Under the pieces are notes generated by a model. It saw only the letters and a program-made list of their open reading frames with translations, did not search any database and was not told the DNA's origin. From contig CAWDWW010000019.1 of assembly GCA_963806115.1 (NCBI GenBank), positions 1,675 to 65,674 of the forward strand: DNA of 64,000 nt. The letters run 5' to 3'. This document shows positions 29,931-40,088 of the stretch, piece by piece; positions within the stretch are counted from its first letter, which is position 1, and each line of letters starts with the position of its first letter. The stretch is from an uncultured beta proteobacterium. Lineage in GTDB: Bacteria > Pseudomonadota > Gammaproteobacteria > Burkholderiales > Gallionellaceae. A program made the translations under genes and the position numbers.

Positions 29931-30383
29931 ATGTATAAGATTTCAAAAGTGGTTGTTGCAGCAGGTATCGCCGCTTTATTCGGCCTGAACGCCATTGCTG
30001 CAGAAAACACCTCGCCGGCAAACACTCCGCCCCCATCCGGACCGGAGGCAAAACCGGAAGCGCGCGTCAGAAACTTGCAGGAATGGGACAATATGATTCC
30101 CGAACAACGTATGAAACGCCGCCAGGAAATGCACGAGCACTGGAAAAAAATGTCTCCGGAAGAGCGCGCGCAAGTGCGCAACAAGATGAAAGATCATTGG
30201 AATAACATGTCGCCGCAAGAACGCGAAGCACGCCGTGAGGAAATGCGCAATCACTTCAAGAACATGTCGCCGGAAGAGCGAAAGCAATTCGATCGCGACT
30301 TGGGCAAACTGGATGGCATGCTTCCGCCGGTTGACGATCTCCCCGGCGACAATGCAGAAGACGCAGCACGCCCAGCAAAGTAG
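29931..30383 (+). CDS. Periplasmic helical-repeat protein rich in Met/His/Arg (DUF3106 or Spy/CpxP-like)
   Basis: Signal peptide; four W/F-x-x-M-S-P-E/Q-E/Q-R-like repeats. Confidence 0.7.
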   Translation: MYKISKVVVAAGIAALFGLNAIAAENTSPANTPPPSGPEAKPEARVRNLQEWDNMIPEQRMKRRQEMHEHWKKMSPEERAQVRNKMKDHWNNMSPQEREARREEMRNHFKNMSPEERKQFDRDLGKLDGMLPPVDDLPGDNAEDAARPAK

Positions 30384-30423
30384 AAATCAACCTTCCTCGT
30401 GCCAGCGGGAACAGGAAACTTGG

Positions 30424-31748
30424 TCAAACGATCTCCGCCCACAGATCGTGGGTATCGGAATCGGTGATTGTCACTTCAACAAAATCACCGGCACTCAGGT
30501 GTCGGCTGTTTTGAATGTACACCACGCCATCTATCTCCGGCGCGTCAGCTGAACTGCGCGCAATCGCGCCTTCTTCATCGACTTCATCCACCAGCACGGT
30601 GATGGTCTTGCCGATCTTGCGACTTCAGGCGTTTTTCGCTGATCTCTTCCTGCAGCAGCATCAATCGTCGCCAAGCGTTCCTGTTGCACTTCCGGCGGAA
30701 TGTGATCAGGCAGGGCGTTGGCCACCGCGCCTTCCACCGGCGAATAGGCGAATGCGCCGACTCGATCCAGTTGCGCATCTTCCAGAAATTCCAGCAGTTC
30801 CTCGAATTCTTCCTCGGTCTCGCCGGGAAAGCCTACGATGAAGGTGCTGCGCAGCGTAATATCGGGGCAGATCATGCGCCATTGTTTGATGCGCTCGAGC
30901 ACGTTCTCGCTGCTGGCCGGACGCTTCATCAATTTCAGGATGCGCTGGTTGGCGTGCTGAAACGGTATATCCAGATACGGCAAGATCTTCCCTTGCGCCA
31001 TCAGCGGGATCACTTCGTCCACATGCGGATATGGGTAAACATAATGCAGGCGCACCCACGCGCCCAGTTCTCCCATCGCGGTGGCCAGTTCGGTCATGCG
31101 TGTCTTGAGCGGTTTGCCACCCCAGAATCCGGTGCGGTATTTCACATCCACACCGTAGGCGCTGGTGTCCTGCGAGATCACCAGCAATTCCTTCACGCCA
31201 GAGTTGACCAGATTCTGTGCTTCCTGCATCACATCCCCCACCGGACGGCTGACCAGATCGCCGCGCATGCTGGGGATGATGCAGAAAGTGCAGCGATGAT
31301 TGCAACCCTCGGATATTTTCACATAAGCGTAATGTTTCGGCGTGAGGCGTATCCCCTGCGGAGGCACCAGATCCGAATAGGGATCATGCGGTTTTGGCAG
31401 ATGCTGATGCACGGCTTCCATCACCTCGTCTGTCGCGTGCGGACCGGTCACGGCAAGCACGCTCGGATGGGCCTGCTTTACCACTTCGCCTTTCGCGCCG
31501 AGACAGCCGGTAACGATCACCTTGCCGTTTTCGGCCAGTGCTTCGCCGATCGCATCGAGCGATTCTTCCACCGCGCTGTCGATAAAACCGCAGGTGTTCA
31601 CCACGACCAGATCGGCATCCTGGTAACTTTTGGAGATCAGATAGCCCTCGGCGCGCAAGCGCGTGAGGATATGTTCGGAATCCACGGTCGCCTTCGGACA
31701 GCCGAGCGAGACGAAACCGACGCGTGGAGTGGTAGATTTTTTGCTCAT
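30424..31748 (-). CDS. rimO: Ribosomal protein S12 methylthiotransferase RimO (frameshifts in the TRAM domain)
   Basis: [13 protein letters not shown] and radical [12 protein letters not shown]-terminal ADAPEIDG...HDLWAEIV* lies in another frame (shifts near 30670 and 30620). Confidence 0.93.
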
Positions 31749-31813
31749 TTCTTTCCAGTTCTGTGTATTAAGCCATCATCCTCTGAGCAAGGAAATGAAA
31801 AATGGCGCATATA

Positions 31814-31944
31814 AAAATTCAATCAAGCCGATGATTGCAAGGTGAAAACGGGCGAGAAAGCGGAGTGTACACAAAGTCTATCGCAGCGCGACCCCGCATT
31901 TTGAGCTTGTTTTAAACGCAGCCAGCGCGGCTTCAGTGAATTTT
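31814..31944. repeat. ERIC/MITE-like intergenic element (~130 bp) with terminal inverted repeats
   Basis: Ends AAAATTCA-atc-AAGCCG and CGGCTT-cag-TGAATTTT; internal GCGGAGTGTACA and AACGCAGCCA recall ERIC/RPE-type elements. Confidence 0.5.
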
Positions 31945-31946
31945 GA

Positions 31947-32726
31947 TTACTCCGCCATCCACATGCCCATCAGTCCCACTGTCGCCACACCCATCGCGAT
32001 CAGCCCCACCTGTTCCAGCGTATCGCGAATCTGCGCGCGCTTGTGCAGGCCGGGGATCAGGTCGGCCACAGCGACGTAGAGCAAGCTCGCAGCCGCCAAT
32101 GCCAGCAAGGATGGTGTCCATGACCGCATGGTTTGCAATGTGTAATAGCCCAGCACGCCGCCCACCACCGAAGCGAAACTGGAGATGAGATTCAGCTGAA
32201 AGGCCTTGATACGGCTATAGCCGGAATGCAGCAGGATGGCAAAATCGCCGACTTCCTGCGGAATCTCGTGCGCGATGATCGCCAGCGCAGTGACGATACC
32301 GAGGTGCCAGTTTGCAAGAAAGGCTGCCGCAATGATCACTCCATCCACGAAATTGTGGAACGTGTCGCCCACTGTGATCATCAGGCCGCTGCGTCCGTGG
32401 TCGTGGCCGTGTTCGGATTGGAGCAGCTCGTGCGCCTCGCAATGTTCCATATGGCAGTGCCGCCAGAGCACCAGTTTTTCCAGGACGAAGAACATCAGGA
32501 TGCCGAACAACACCGTTCCGCTCAGCATGGCCACATTGGGCGTCAACTTGATCGCCTCTGGCAGAATGTCGAGAAACACCGCACCGAGCATCGCGCCGAT
32601 AGCGTAGCTAACCATCGAATTCAGGTAATGTTGCGCGCGCGAATTAAGCGCGAAAACCGCAGCGCACATCACGCTCAACACGCCGCCGGCGACACTGGCA
32701 GAGATTATCCAGGCCAACACAGTCAT
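31947..32726 (-). CDS. ZIP family divalent metal transporter
   Basis: His-rich loop (HCHMEHCEAH...HGHDH); GDTFHNFVDG and HEIPQEVGD. Confidence 0.92.
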   Translation of the reverse strand: MTVLAWIISASVAGGVLSVMCAAVFALNSRAQHYLNSMVSYAIGAMLGAVFLDILPEAIKLTPNVAMLSGTVLFGILMFFVLEKLVLWRHCHMEHCEAHELLQSEHGHDHGRSGLMITVGDTFHNFVDGVIIAAAFLANWHLGIVTALAIIAHEIPQEVGDFAILLHSGYSRIKAFQLNLISSFASVVGGVLGYYTLQTMRSWTPSLLALAAASLLYVAVADLIPGLHKRAQIRDTLEQVGLIAMGVATVGLMGMWMAE

Positions 32727-32809
32727 GAAATCGATCCATAAAACAAAGGGCGCGGATTATATCACCGGCAGCACTTCAGAAGAGGCATGTCACACTCCGT
32801 CCGCCAAAG

Positions 32810-33547
32810 TCAGGAGGACAGCCAGATGAACGTGCCCATGCGCCCGGTCGCGCCATCGCGACGATAAGAAAAGAATCTTTCGCGCTCCTTGTAAGTGCAG
32901 TACCCGCCGCCATAGATAGCAGTGATGCCCAGTGCTTCAAGTCTCAGGCGCGCCAGCGCGTAGATGTCGGCGAAGCATTTGCCGGGTTGGCCGGGAATGA
33001 ACGCAACAGCGGCATGAGGGTCGGCATCCACAAAGAGGGCGCGCACCTCGTCGCCCACTTCAAACGCTTGCTGGCTGATTGCCGGACCCAGCCACGCCAT
33101 CAGATTTTGTGGCGCGGCATCCATCGCCTGCACGGTGGCTTCGATCACCCCGGCCGCGAGGCCTTTCCAGCCGGCGTGTGCCGCTCCGACCACGCTGCCT
33201 TGCTTGTCGCACAACAATACCGGCAGGCAATCCGCAGTCATCACCACACAAACCGCTGAGCGATGACGCGCGATGCAGGCATCGGCCTGAGGCAGGCAAC
33301 TTGCCTTATCGGCATTGGCGACCAGCGTGCCGTGCACCTGTTCCAGCCACACCGGTTCGCTCGGCAACAGGGTGTTGAGCAACATGCGGTTGCGCTGCAC
33401 CGCCAGCGGCGCATCGCCGACATGGTCGCCGAGATTGAGACTGTCATAGGGCGTGCTGCTGAACCCGCCGGCTCGGGTAGTCTGCATGGTTTTGACATTC
33501 GCGGGTGCCGGCCAGTCGGGAATGATCAAATGTTCAAGCAGGCTCAT
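32810..33547 (-). CDS. pgeF: Peptidoglycan editing factor PgeF (YfiH)
   Basis: LNLGDHVGD, QVHG, TADCLPV, AHAGWKG and FFSYRR. Confidence 0.93.
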   Translation of the reverse strand: MSLLEHLIIPDWPAPANVKTMQTTRAGGFSSTPYDSLNLGDHVGDAPLAVQRNRMLLNTLLPSEPVWLEQVHGTLVANADKASCLPQADACIARHRSAVCVVMTADCLPVLLCDKQGSVVGAAHAGWKGLAAGVIEATVQAMDAAPQNLMAWLGPAISQQAFEVGDEVRALFVDADPHAAVAFIPGQPGKCFADIYALARLRLEALGITAIYGGGYCTYKERERFFSYRRDGATGRMGTFIWLSS

Positions 33548-34529
33548 TCACAATGTCCGTTATCTGTTGCAACAGTTGCTGCATGTCTTGCGGCAGCGGC
33601 GCATTCCATTCCATCCGCTCGCCACTGACCGGATGTTCCAGCGCCAGCCGTGTGGCATGCAAAGCCTGACGGGGAAATCCACTCAGCAACGCGCGCAATT
33701 GCGGTACGCATTTTTGCGGGCCTTTGAGATATACGTTGTCGCCCACCAGCGGATGGCCGATGCGCGCCATATGCACGCGTATCTGGTGAGTGCGTCCGGT
33801 TTCCAATCGACAGCGCAGCAATGTGCAACTCGGAAATCTTTTCTCGATCTGATAATGGGTTACCGCAGTTTTGCCGCTCTCCACCACCGCCATCTTGACG
33901 CGCTGGCTGGGATGCCGTCCTATCGGCGCATCCACTTTGCCGTCACGCATCAGTTCGCCATGCACCAAGGCCAGGTATTCACGTTGCACGCTGCGCGCCT
34001 CCAACTGGCGCACCAGTGCGGTTTGCGCGGCAACCGTCTTGGCCACCACCAGCAAGCCGCTGGTATCCTTGTCCAGCCTGTGCACGATGCCGGCGCGCGG
34101 CACTGCTGCAAGCTGCGGCGCATGATGCAGCAACGCATTGAGCAATGTGCCTTCCCAGTTGCCGCTGCCCGGATGCACCACCAGTCCGACCGGCTTGTTG
34201 ATCACCAGCAACGCATCATCTTCGTAAACGATATCCAAAGCGATGTTTTCGGCCTGATAGGGCTGTTCGGCAGGATGGGATAGCGGCAGCACTTCGAGTT
34301 TTTCGCCGCCCCAGACTTTTTGCTTGGTCGTGGCAAATTCCCCTTCCACCTTGACCTGTCGCCGGGTAATCCATTCCTGCAAACGGCTGCGCGAATACTC
34401 GGGAAAAAATTTAACCAATGCCTGGTCGAGGCGCAGCCCCGCATAATCGTCGGGAACGATCAAATGCTGCACGTCAGGGGCTGACGAGATTACGTTATAA
34501 TCGCGCAAATTGTTATCTGGATCCGTCAT
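33534..34529 (-). CDS. rluD: 23S rRNA pseudouridine synthase RluD
   Basis: S4 domain (RLDQAL), GIVHRLDKDTSGL and LETGRTHQIRVH. Start chosen at MTDP. Confidence 0.93.
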   Translation of the reverse strand: MTDPDNNLRDYNVISSAPDVQHLIVPDDYAGLRLDQALVKFFPEYSRSRLQEWITRRQVKVEGEFATTKQKVWGGEKLEVLPLSHPAEQPYQAENIALDIVYEDDALLVINKPVGLVVHPGSGNWEGTLLNALLHHAPQLAAVPRAGIVHRLDKDTSGLLVVAKTVAAQTALVRQLEARSVQREYLALVHGELMRDGKVDAPIGRHPSQRVKMAVVESGKTAVTHYQIEKRFPSCTLLRCRLETGRTHQIRVHMARIGHPLVGDNVYLKGPQKCVPQLRALLSGFPRQALHATRLALEHPVSGERMEWNAPLPQDMQQLLQQITDIVNEPA

Positions 34530-35331
34530 GCGCCCGTTTTTTGGTTCTTTCATACGCAATAGTTTAGCCGTATTCCTGTTAATTACGTTAACCGCCTGCA
34601 GTTTGTTCGGGGCTAAGTCTGATGCCGATAGCCCGGAAAAGACTGTTTCCGCCGATGTTATGTACAACAATGCCAAGAAAAAACTTAATGACGGCACTTA
34701 CGAGGATGCAATCAAGCAGTTTGAATCCCTGCAATCGCATTATCCTTACGGGCGTTACGCGCAGCAGGCACAGATTGAGATCGCCTATGCCTATTACCGC
34801 CAGAACGAGGCCGAATCTGCCATCACTGCCGCCGATAACTTCATCAAGCAGTACCCCAACAGTCCGCATGTTGACTATGCCTACTATGTAAAAGGTCTGG
34901 CCAATTTCAACTCCGATATCGGGCTGTTCGGTTTGGCGTTCGGGCAGGATCCCACCGAGCGCGACCCCAGGGCGGCACAAGAATCTTTTGCCGCTTTCAA
35001 GGATCTGTTGACGCGCTTTCCTTCCAGCCGCTACGCACCAGATTCCAGATTGCGCATGCACTATCTGCTCGATGCGCTGGCCAGGTATGAAATCCATGTC
35101 GCCAAATACTACTTGCGCCGCGGTGCGAACATCGCAGCAGTGAACCGCGCCAAAGAGGTGTTGACGCAATATCCGAATACGCCGTCGATACACGATGCGC
35201 TGCTGATACTGGTGCAAGGTTATGACGCCTTGGGCATGGACAAACTGCGTGACGATGCTCAGCGTGTGCTGGACATGAATTTCCAAAAATCCAGCTCTCG
35301 GGAGAACCTGCGCAGCGAAATATCGCAGTAG
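34528..35331 (+). CDS. bamD: Outer membrane protein assembly factor BamD
   Basis: Lipobox LTAC, YPYGRYAQQAQ, TPR repeats, YYLRRGA.IAAVNRA; divergent from rluD. Start uncertain. Confidence 0.9.
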   Translation: MRPFFGSFIRNSLAVFLLITLTACSLFGAKSDADSPEKTVSADVMYNNAKKKLNDGTYEDAIKQFESLQSHYPYGRYAQQAQIEIAYAYYRQNEAESAITAADNFIKQYPNSPHVDYAYYVKGLANFNSDIGLFGLAFGQDPTERDPRAAQESFAAFKDLLTRFPSSRYAPDSRLRMHYLLDALARYEIHVAKYYLRRGANIAAVNRAKEVLTQYPNTPSIHDALLILVQGYDALGMDKLRDDAQRVLDMNFQKSSSRENLRSEISQ

Positions 35332-35380
35332 CGTATCCGAAGATTGTTGTTCCACCCCAACCTTAAAAGATGACTTTTCG

Positions 35381-35923
35381 ATGAAATATTGCAGCCAGTG
35401 CGGCGCCCCGGTCGAACTGCGGATCCCGCCGGATGACAATCGCATGCGCCATGTGTGTACCGTTTGCGGCGAGGTGCATTACCAGAATCCAAAACTGATC
35501 GTCGGCGCCATGCCGGAATGGCAGGACCAAGTCCTGCTGTGCCGGCGCGCCATCGAACCTCGTCATGGACTATGGACCCTTCCCGCCGGCTTCATGGAAA
35601 ATGGTGAAACCACCTCTGAAGCAGCGACTCGCGAAACGCTGGAAGAAGCCAATGCGCGCATCGAAGTCGGCGACTTGTATTCGATGTACAGCCTGCCCTA
35701 TATCAATCAGGTGCATCTGCTGTTCCGCGCCAGACTTCTCGATCTGGATTTTGGCCCGGGACAGGAAAGCCTGGACGTCAGGCTGTTCAGTGAAGCAGAC
35801 ATACCTTGGAATGAAATCGCGTTTCGCCCGGTGCGCTTCAGCCTTGAACATTATTTTGCCGAACGTCATAGCGGAAAATTCAGCTTCCATATCGGCGAAC
35901 TGGCACAACCATCCCGACAATGA
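35381..35923 (+). CDS. Nudix hydrolase with an N-terminal zinc ribbon
   Basis: CSQCG...CTVCG and Nudix box GFMENGETTSEAATRETLEEA. Confidence 0.9.
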   Translation: MKYCSQCGAPVELRIPPDDNRMRHVCTVCGEVHYQNPKLIVGAMPEWQDQVLLCRRAIEPRHGLWTLPAGFMENGETTSEAATRETLEEANARIEVGDLYSMYSLPYINQVHLLFRARLLDLDFGPGQESLDVRLFSEADIPWNEIAFRPVRFSLEHYFAERHSGKFSFHIGELAQPSRQ

Positions 35924-35992
35924 TGACTTGCTTTGCCCAAACCGGCCCCAGCCTCATATAATCGTGGCGCATTGACAGTCGAACAAAATAAT

Positions 35993-36697
35993 ATGAACGC
36001 CATACGCACTATTATCATATTCACTGCCGTCGGTTTGACAGGATGTGCATCGACCCGTGCGAGCAATCCGGCAGATCCGCTGGAAACGATCAACCGTGGC
36101 ATATATAAATTCAACGATGTTGTCGACAAGGCTGTCGTCAAACCTGTCGCACATGGCTACAAAGCGGTGATGCCGACGGCTGGCAGAATCATGGTATCGA
36201 ATTTCTTTTCCAACCTTGACGATGTCACCGTCACTGCCAATGATCTTCTTCAGTTCAAGCTGGTTCAGGGATTTTCTGACGGGATGCGTTTCTTTGTGAA
36301 TACCACTATCGGCGTCTTCGGCTTGATCGACGTAGCATCAACCGGCGGCCTGAAGAAACACGATGAGGATTTTGGCCAAACTCTGGGCAAATGGGGGGTA
36401 GGAAACGGCCCATATCTCGTCTTGCCGATACTGGGACCCAGCACGTTGCGTGACAGCTTCGGATTATATGCAGACGGCTACACCAGCCCTATGTATCAGA
36501 TGAGTGACATGCGCGCACGCAACCAGGCTTATATTGTCAGAGGCATCAACCGTCGCGCTGAAATCCTGGACCAGGAAAAGGTCTTGGATGAGGCGATGAT
36601 AGACCCGTATGCATTTCTTCGTGATTCTTATTTGCTTCACCGTCGAAGCCAGGTTTACGATGGCAACCCGCCACGTCCGCGATACGATGATTTTTAG
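35993..36697 (+). CDS. mlaA: MlaA/VacJ lipoprotein
   Basis: LTGC lipobox; DPLETINR, EDFGQTLG and GPYLVLPILGPSTLRD. Confidence 0.92.
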   Translation: MNAIRTIIIFTAVGLTGCASTRASNPADPLETINRGIYKFNDVVDKAVVKPVAHGYKAVMPTAGRIMVSNFFSNLDDVTVTANDLLQFKLVQGFSDGMRFFVNTTIGVFGLIDVASTGGLKKHDEDFGQTLGKWGVGNGPYLVLPILGPSTLRDSFGLYADGYTSPMYQMSDMRARNQAYIVRGINRRAEILDQEKVLDEAMIDPYAFLRDSYLLHRRSQVYDGNPPRPRYDDF

Positions 36698-36936
36698 TGC
36701 GGCAATATCGTCCATCCGCGGTAATTTCCGCAGCCAATATGCCCTTCCCGACCATCCGGGCCCACCCATCTGATACAGCACCGGCGCAGCTGTCACGGGC
36801 GTGGCCGGCACATTGCAGCATTAATTCATTTAACTTATGATGACCGCCTAGCCAACCAGAGATTTCCCGTTGCGATACTGCAACTTTCCGCAGCTTTCAT
36901 TTTCCAATTGTTTTCCCCAACCATCAGGAGAAAATC

Positions 36937-37506
36937 ATGAAGCAGCTCCGCCTCATTACAAATCTGTTATCCATGGCGCTGATTGTGCTTGCCATCTCAG
37001 CCTGTTCCAGCACTACCAAAGTGGAAAGCGACCTGGGTATCAAGGGAGCCCCGGATTGGGTCAACGAAGGAACCAATATTCTCAGCGAGAAGGATGGACG
37101 CCTGTTCCACGGCGTGGGATCGGCTGCTCCGACGGGTGATATGTCGTTGCAAAAATCCGTTGCCGATGACCGGGCGCGTGCTGAAGTGGCGCGGGTCTTG
37201 TCGTCCTACATGGACGTGGTTACCAACGACTACATGTCTTCGGCCAAGGCTGGTGGCGCCAATACCAACGAGGAAGCTGTCTCACGCCAGATCAAGGCCC
37301 TTACCAAGGTCAACCTGGCCGGTGCCAAAGTCATAGGTAGCTGGCGCGACCCGAAAACCAACATCATTTATTCGATCGTCGAATTGGACATGAAACAAGT
37401 GAAAAGTACGCTTGCCGGCACGCAGGACATGAACGAAGACTTGAAGCGTTACATTGAATCCAGGGCCGATAATATCTTTGACCGTGTCGCGAGCGAGAAA
37501 AAATAG
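36937..37506 (+). CDS. LPP20 family lipoprotein
   Basis: ISAC lipobox; APDWV, GVGSA and ADDRARAEVA. Confidence 0.75.
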   Translation: MKQLRLITNLLSMALIVLAISACSSTTKVESDLGIKGAPDWVNEGTNILSEKDGRLFHGVGSAAPTGDMSLQKSVADDRARAEVARVLSSYMDVVTNDYMSSAKAGGANTNEEAVSRQIKALTKVNLAGAKVIGSWRDPKTNIIYSIVELDMKQVKSTLAGTQDMNEDLKRYIESRADNIFDRVASEKK

Positions 37507-37644
37507 TGCGTTTCGGCTTATTGAAAGCACCTTGGCTGTATTATTGACCTTGACGATAGCGTTGGCCGCTGCTGGCAGTACCACATTGAAAACTCGCAAA
37601 TTGCACTAGCCCAGCCTGCACCCGGCGACCCGCACCACAAGGAG

Positions 37645-38655
37645 ATGAAAGTGAAATTCTCTGCCTTTGCCGCATTTGCATTCATGCTATCGCTCCTGTC
37701 GGGCTGCGCCAGCAAGCCGACCACACCTGACTGGATAGCAGGTGACAGCGCCGAGTACAATAGCGCGCAATACCTGATCGGGCGCGGACAGGCGCCCACA
37801 CAGGAACAAGCCAAGGATCGTGCCCGATCCGATGTGGCCAAAGTATTCCAGGTAGCGGTGGTGGCAAGCAGCGAAGACGTGCAGCGCTCAAAATCCGATT
37901 CAACCGGCGCGGCGCAATATGAACAGCAAGTTTCCCGCAGCATCAGCACACGCACCGACCAGATCATACGCGGTATCCAGATCGTGGAGCTGTGGCAAGA
38001 CCCCACCACCAAAAGCTATTACGCGCTGGCCGTTTTGCCACGCCTGCAGACAGCGGCCAGTCTGCGCCAGCAAATCAGCCAGTTGGATGAGGCCACCGGT
38101 GACTATATCGAGCAGTCCCGCAAAAACAGTGACTTGTTCCTGAAAATTGCCGCAGCCAGCCGAGCCGTGGAGACCGAGCGGGAACACGAGTCATTGCAGA
38201 AATCACTGCAAATTGTGGATCCCACCGGGCGCGGTACAGAATCGAAATGGAATAGCGCAAAGCTCCAAAGCGATCTAGACGAGTTGCTGAAGCGGGTGAG
38301 CATCGCTCCGCAAGTTGCGGCAGATTCGACTCCCGGCCTGGTGGAAGTGGTGGCCGGTGCGCTGGCCAATGCCGGGTTCTTGATCGAGACCGGGAAGAAT
38401 CCGGATTTTGTGCTGAAGGCGCGTATGGTACTGGATGACCTGGGTTTTCAGGATGGCTGGTATTGGCAGCGCGGGGTTCTGGAAGTCGACTTGTCGGAGG
38501 CGGCCAGTGGCCGTGTGCGCGGCACCAAGCGCTGGACCGTCAAGAGCAGCGCCCCGGACGCGGAAACCGCGGCCAAGCGAGCCCTGAACCAAACCGATGC
38601 AATCCTCAAGCAGGAGTTGCGAACAGCGATCATAGATATGGTCAACAGCCATTGA
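37645..38655 (+). CDS. LPP20 family lipoprotein (longer, two-domain)
   Basis: LSGC lipobox; PDWI, YLIGRG and AKDRARSDVAK. Confidence 0.72.
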   Translation: MKVKFSAFAAFAFMLSLLSGCASKPTTPDWIAGDSAEYNSAQYLIGRGQAPTQEQAKDRARSDVAKVFQVAVVASSEDVQRSKSDSTGAAQYEQQVSRSISTRTDQIIRGIQIVELWQDPTTKSYYALAVLPRLQTAASLRQQISQLDEATGDYIEQSRKNSDLFLKIAAASRAVETEREHESLQKSLQIVDPTGRGTESKWNSAKLQSDLDELLKRVSIAPQVAADSTPGLVEVVAGALANAGFLIETGKNPDFVLKARMVLDDLGFQDGWYWQRGVLEVDLSEAASGRVRGTKRWTVKSSAPDAETAAKRALNQTDAILKQELRTAIIDMVNSH

Positions 38656-38727
38656 CGCTGTTCCCTGGATGCGCGCCTTATTCGGATGCGTATTTGATAC
38701 TCAGCATGTTTAACGTGATTGGAATTG

Positions 38728-40083
38728 TTAATTCCCCAGGAAGAAATAATCGGATATAAAGACCTTCCGTCCTGCGCTCACTTTGACAGCATCATAATCA
38801 CGAGTGGCCAGGATGTTTCCGTAATTATCATAGTATGTAGCCCTAAGATCATGCGTTCCCGGAGGCAAGACCAAACGCGTCATCAGGAAATTCCCCGGCA
38901 GCAATGACCAGCTTCGGGTATCGGCGCGTTCCGAGACAATGGCTCCCACATCAGTCAATATGCTAATCAACAGATCGGCGGTTCCGGGATCCCCATTCTG
39001 CTTTTTTACTTTTTTCGCCATGGCATTCTTCAGCACCATTCTCGCGACTGCCCGTGCAGTTATGGCAGGCAGACGGTCATCCAGACTCTTTCTGGCGATG
39101 GCGTTGACATCCTCGACCAGTTCGGAAGAGGCGGTCTCGGAACCCCCACTCAACTCGAAACGGGCCACCGGCACGGGGCGCTGAACAAACTTCGGCACGG
39201 CAATGCTCATGATCGCTGTGCCATGTTGCGGATCGGGATTGGGAATACTAATGATGTTCTCAGCGAGTGTCGGCCCCAGACCGTCGTGAAGGATGAACAC
39301 CACTTCGCCATTTCTGGACTCGTCCGGAGATTGCATTTCAACACGAGTAGATTTCTTTGCAGGAGCGAACCGGTCGATTGCCTGAGGATTCTCGAGCCTG
39401 TCCAGATCGGCCTCAAGTGCTGCCGGAACGCCAAATCCGGTAATGGCGCTCTGCGCCTTGTAGCCATCTACCGCCTTGCGGTAGTCAATACGCGCCGAGT
39501 CGCTCTCGCCAACTTCTTCATATGTCATGCCATTCAGGTAACGCACGAATGCACCGGAGAGATATGTCGCAGAGGGGTTATTTCCGGCAATCAGGCGCTG
39601 CTTTATATCGTACTGTCTGGCTTCAACTGCCGCCTCCTCGATGTTGCCGGATTGCAGGTAATTGAGTTCCTCGAATGCGTATATCAGCAACTGTTCATTT
39701 GCGACACCTTCGTAAGCCTTCAGTGTGTCATTCACCACTACCGAACCGGTCTGTTCCTTCAGGCTGATCGCGCCGAGTTTCTCCATCAAGGTCTTGGCTG
39801 ATTCGAACTGCTGGTTGGAAGCGGCATAGTCCCCCTGAAAATGGAGCAATGTGCCTTTGTTGAGGTAATACAACATCTGGTCGGCTCCAGTCAGCTTCAA
39901 CTTATCAAGCGACTTGAGGGCGCCGTCCAAATTGCGATTGCTGGTTTCCTGTTCGACATCGGCAATACCCACACTGTACGTTGCGCAACCGGCCAGGACA
40001 AAAACAGCCAATAATACCAGCAGTCCTGAGAGCTGCCGGTTTAGCCAATTACAACCAGAGGCGTGGCATGTCGCTATTGGCAT
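38728..40083 (-). CDS. COG3014-like TPR lipoprotein
   Basis: LAGC lipobox, TPR-like N-terminus, AAVEAR, and C-terminal ERADTRSWSLLP. Confidence 0.78.
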   Translation of the reverse strand: MPIATCHASGCNWLNRQLSGLLVLLAVFVLAGCATYSVGIADVEQETSNRNLDGALKSLDKLKLTGADQMLYYLNKGTLLHFQGDYAASNQQFESAKTLMEKLGAISLKEQTGSVVVNDTLKAYEGVANEQLLIYAFEELNYLQSGNIEEAAVEARQYDIKQRLIAGNNPSATYLSGAFVRYLNGMTYEEVGESDSARIDYRKAVDGYKAQSAITGFGVPAALEADLDRLENPQAIDRFAPAKKSTRVEMQSPDESRNGEVVFILHDGLGPTLAENIISIPNPDPQHGTAIMSIAVPKFVQRPVPVARFELSGGSETASSELVEDVNAIARKSLDDRLPAITARAVARMVLKNAMAKKVKKQNGDPGTADLLISILTDVGAIVSERADTRSWSLLPGNFLMTRLVLPPGTHDLRATYYDNYGNILATRDYDAVKVSAGRKVFISDYFFLGN

Positions 40084-40088
40084 CCTTG

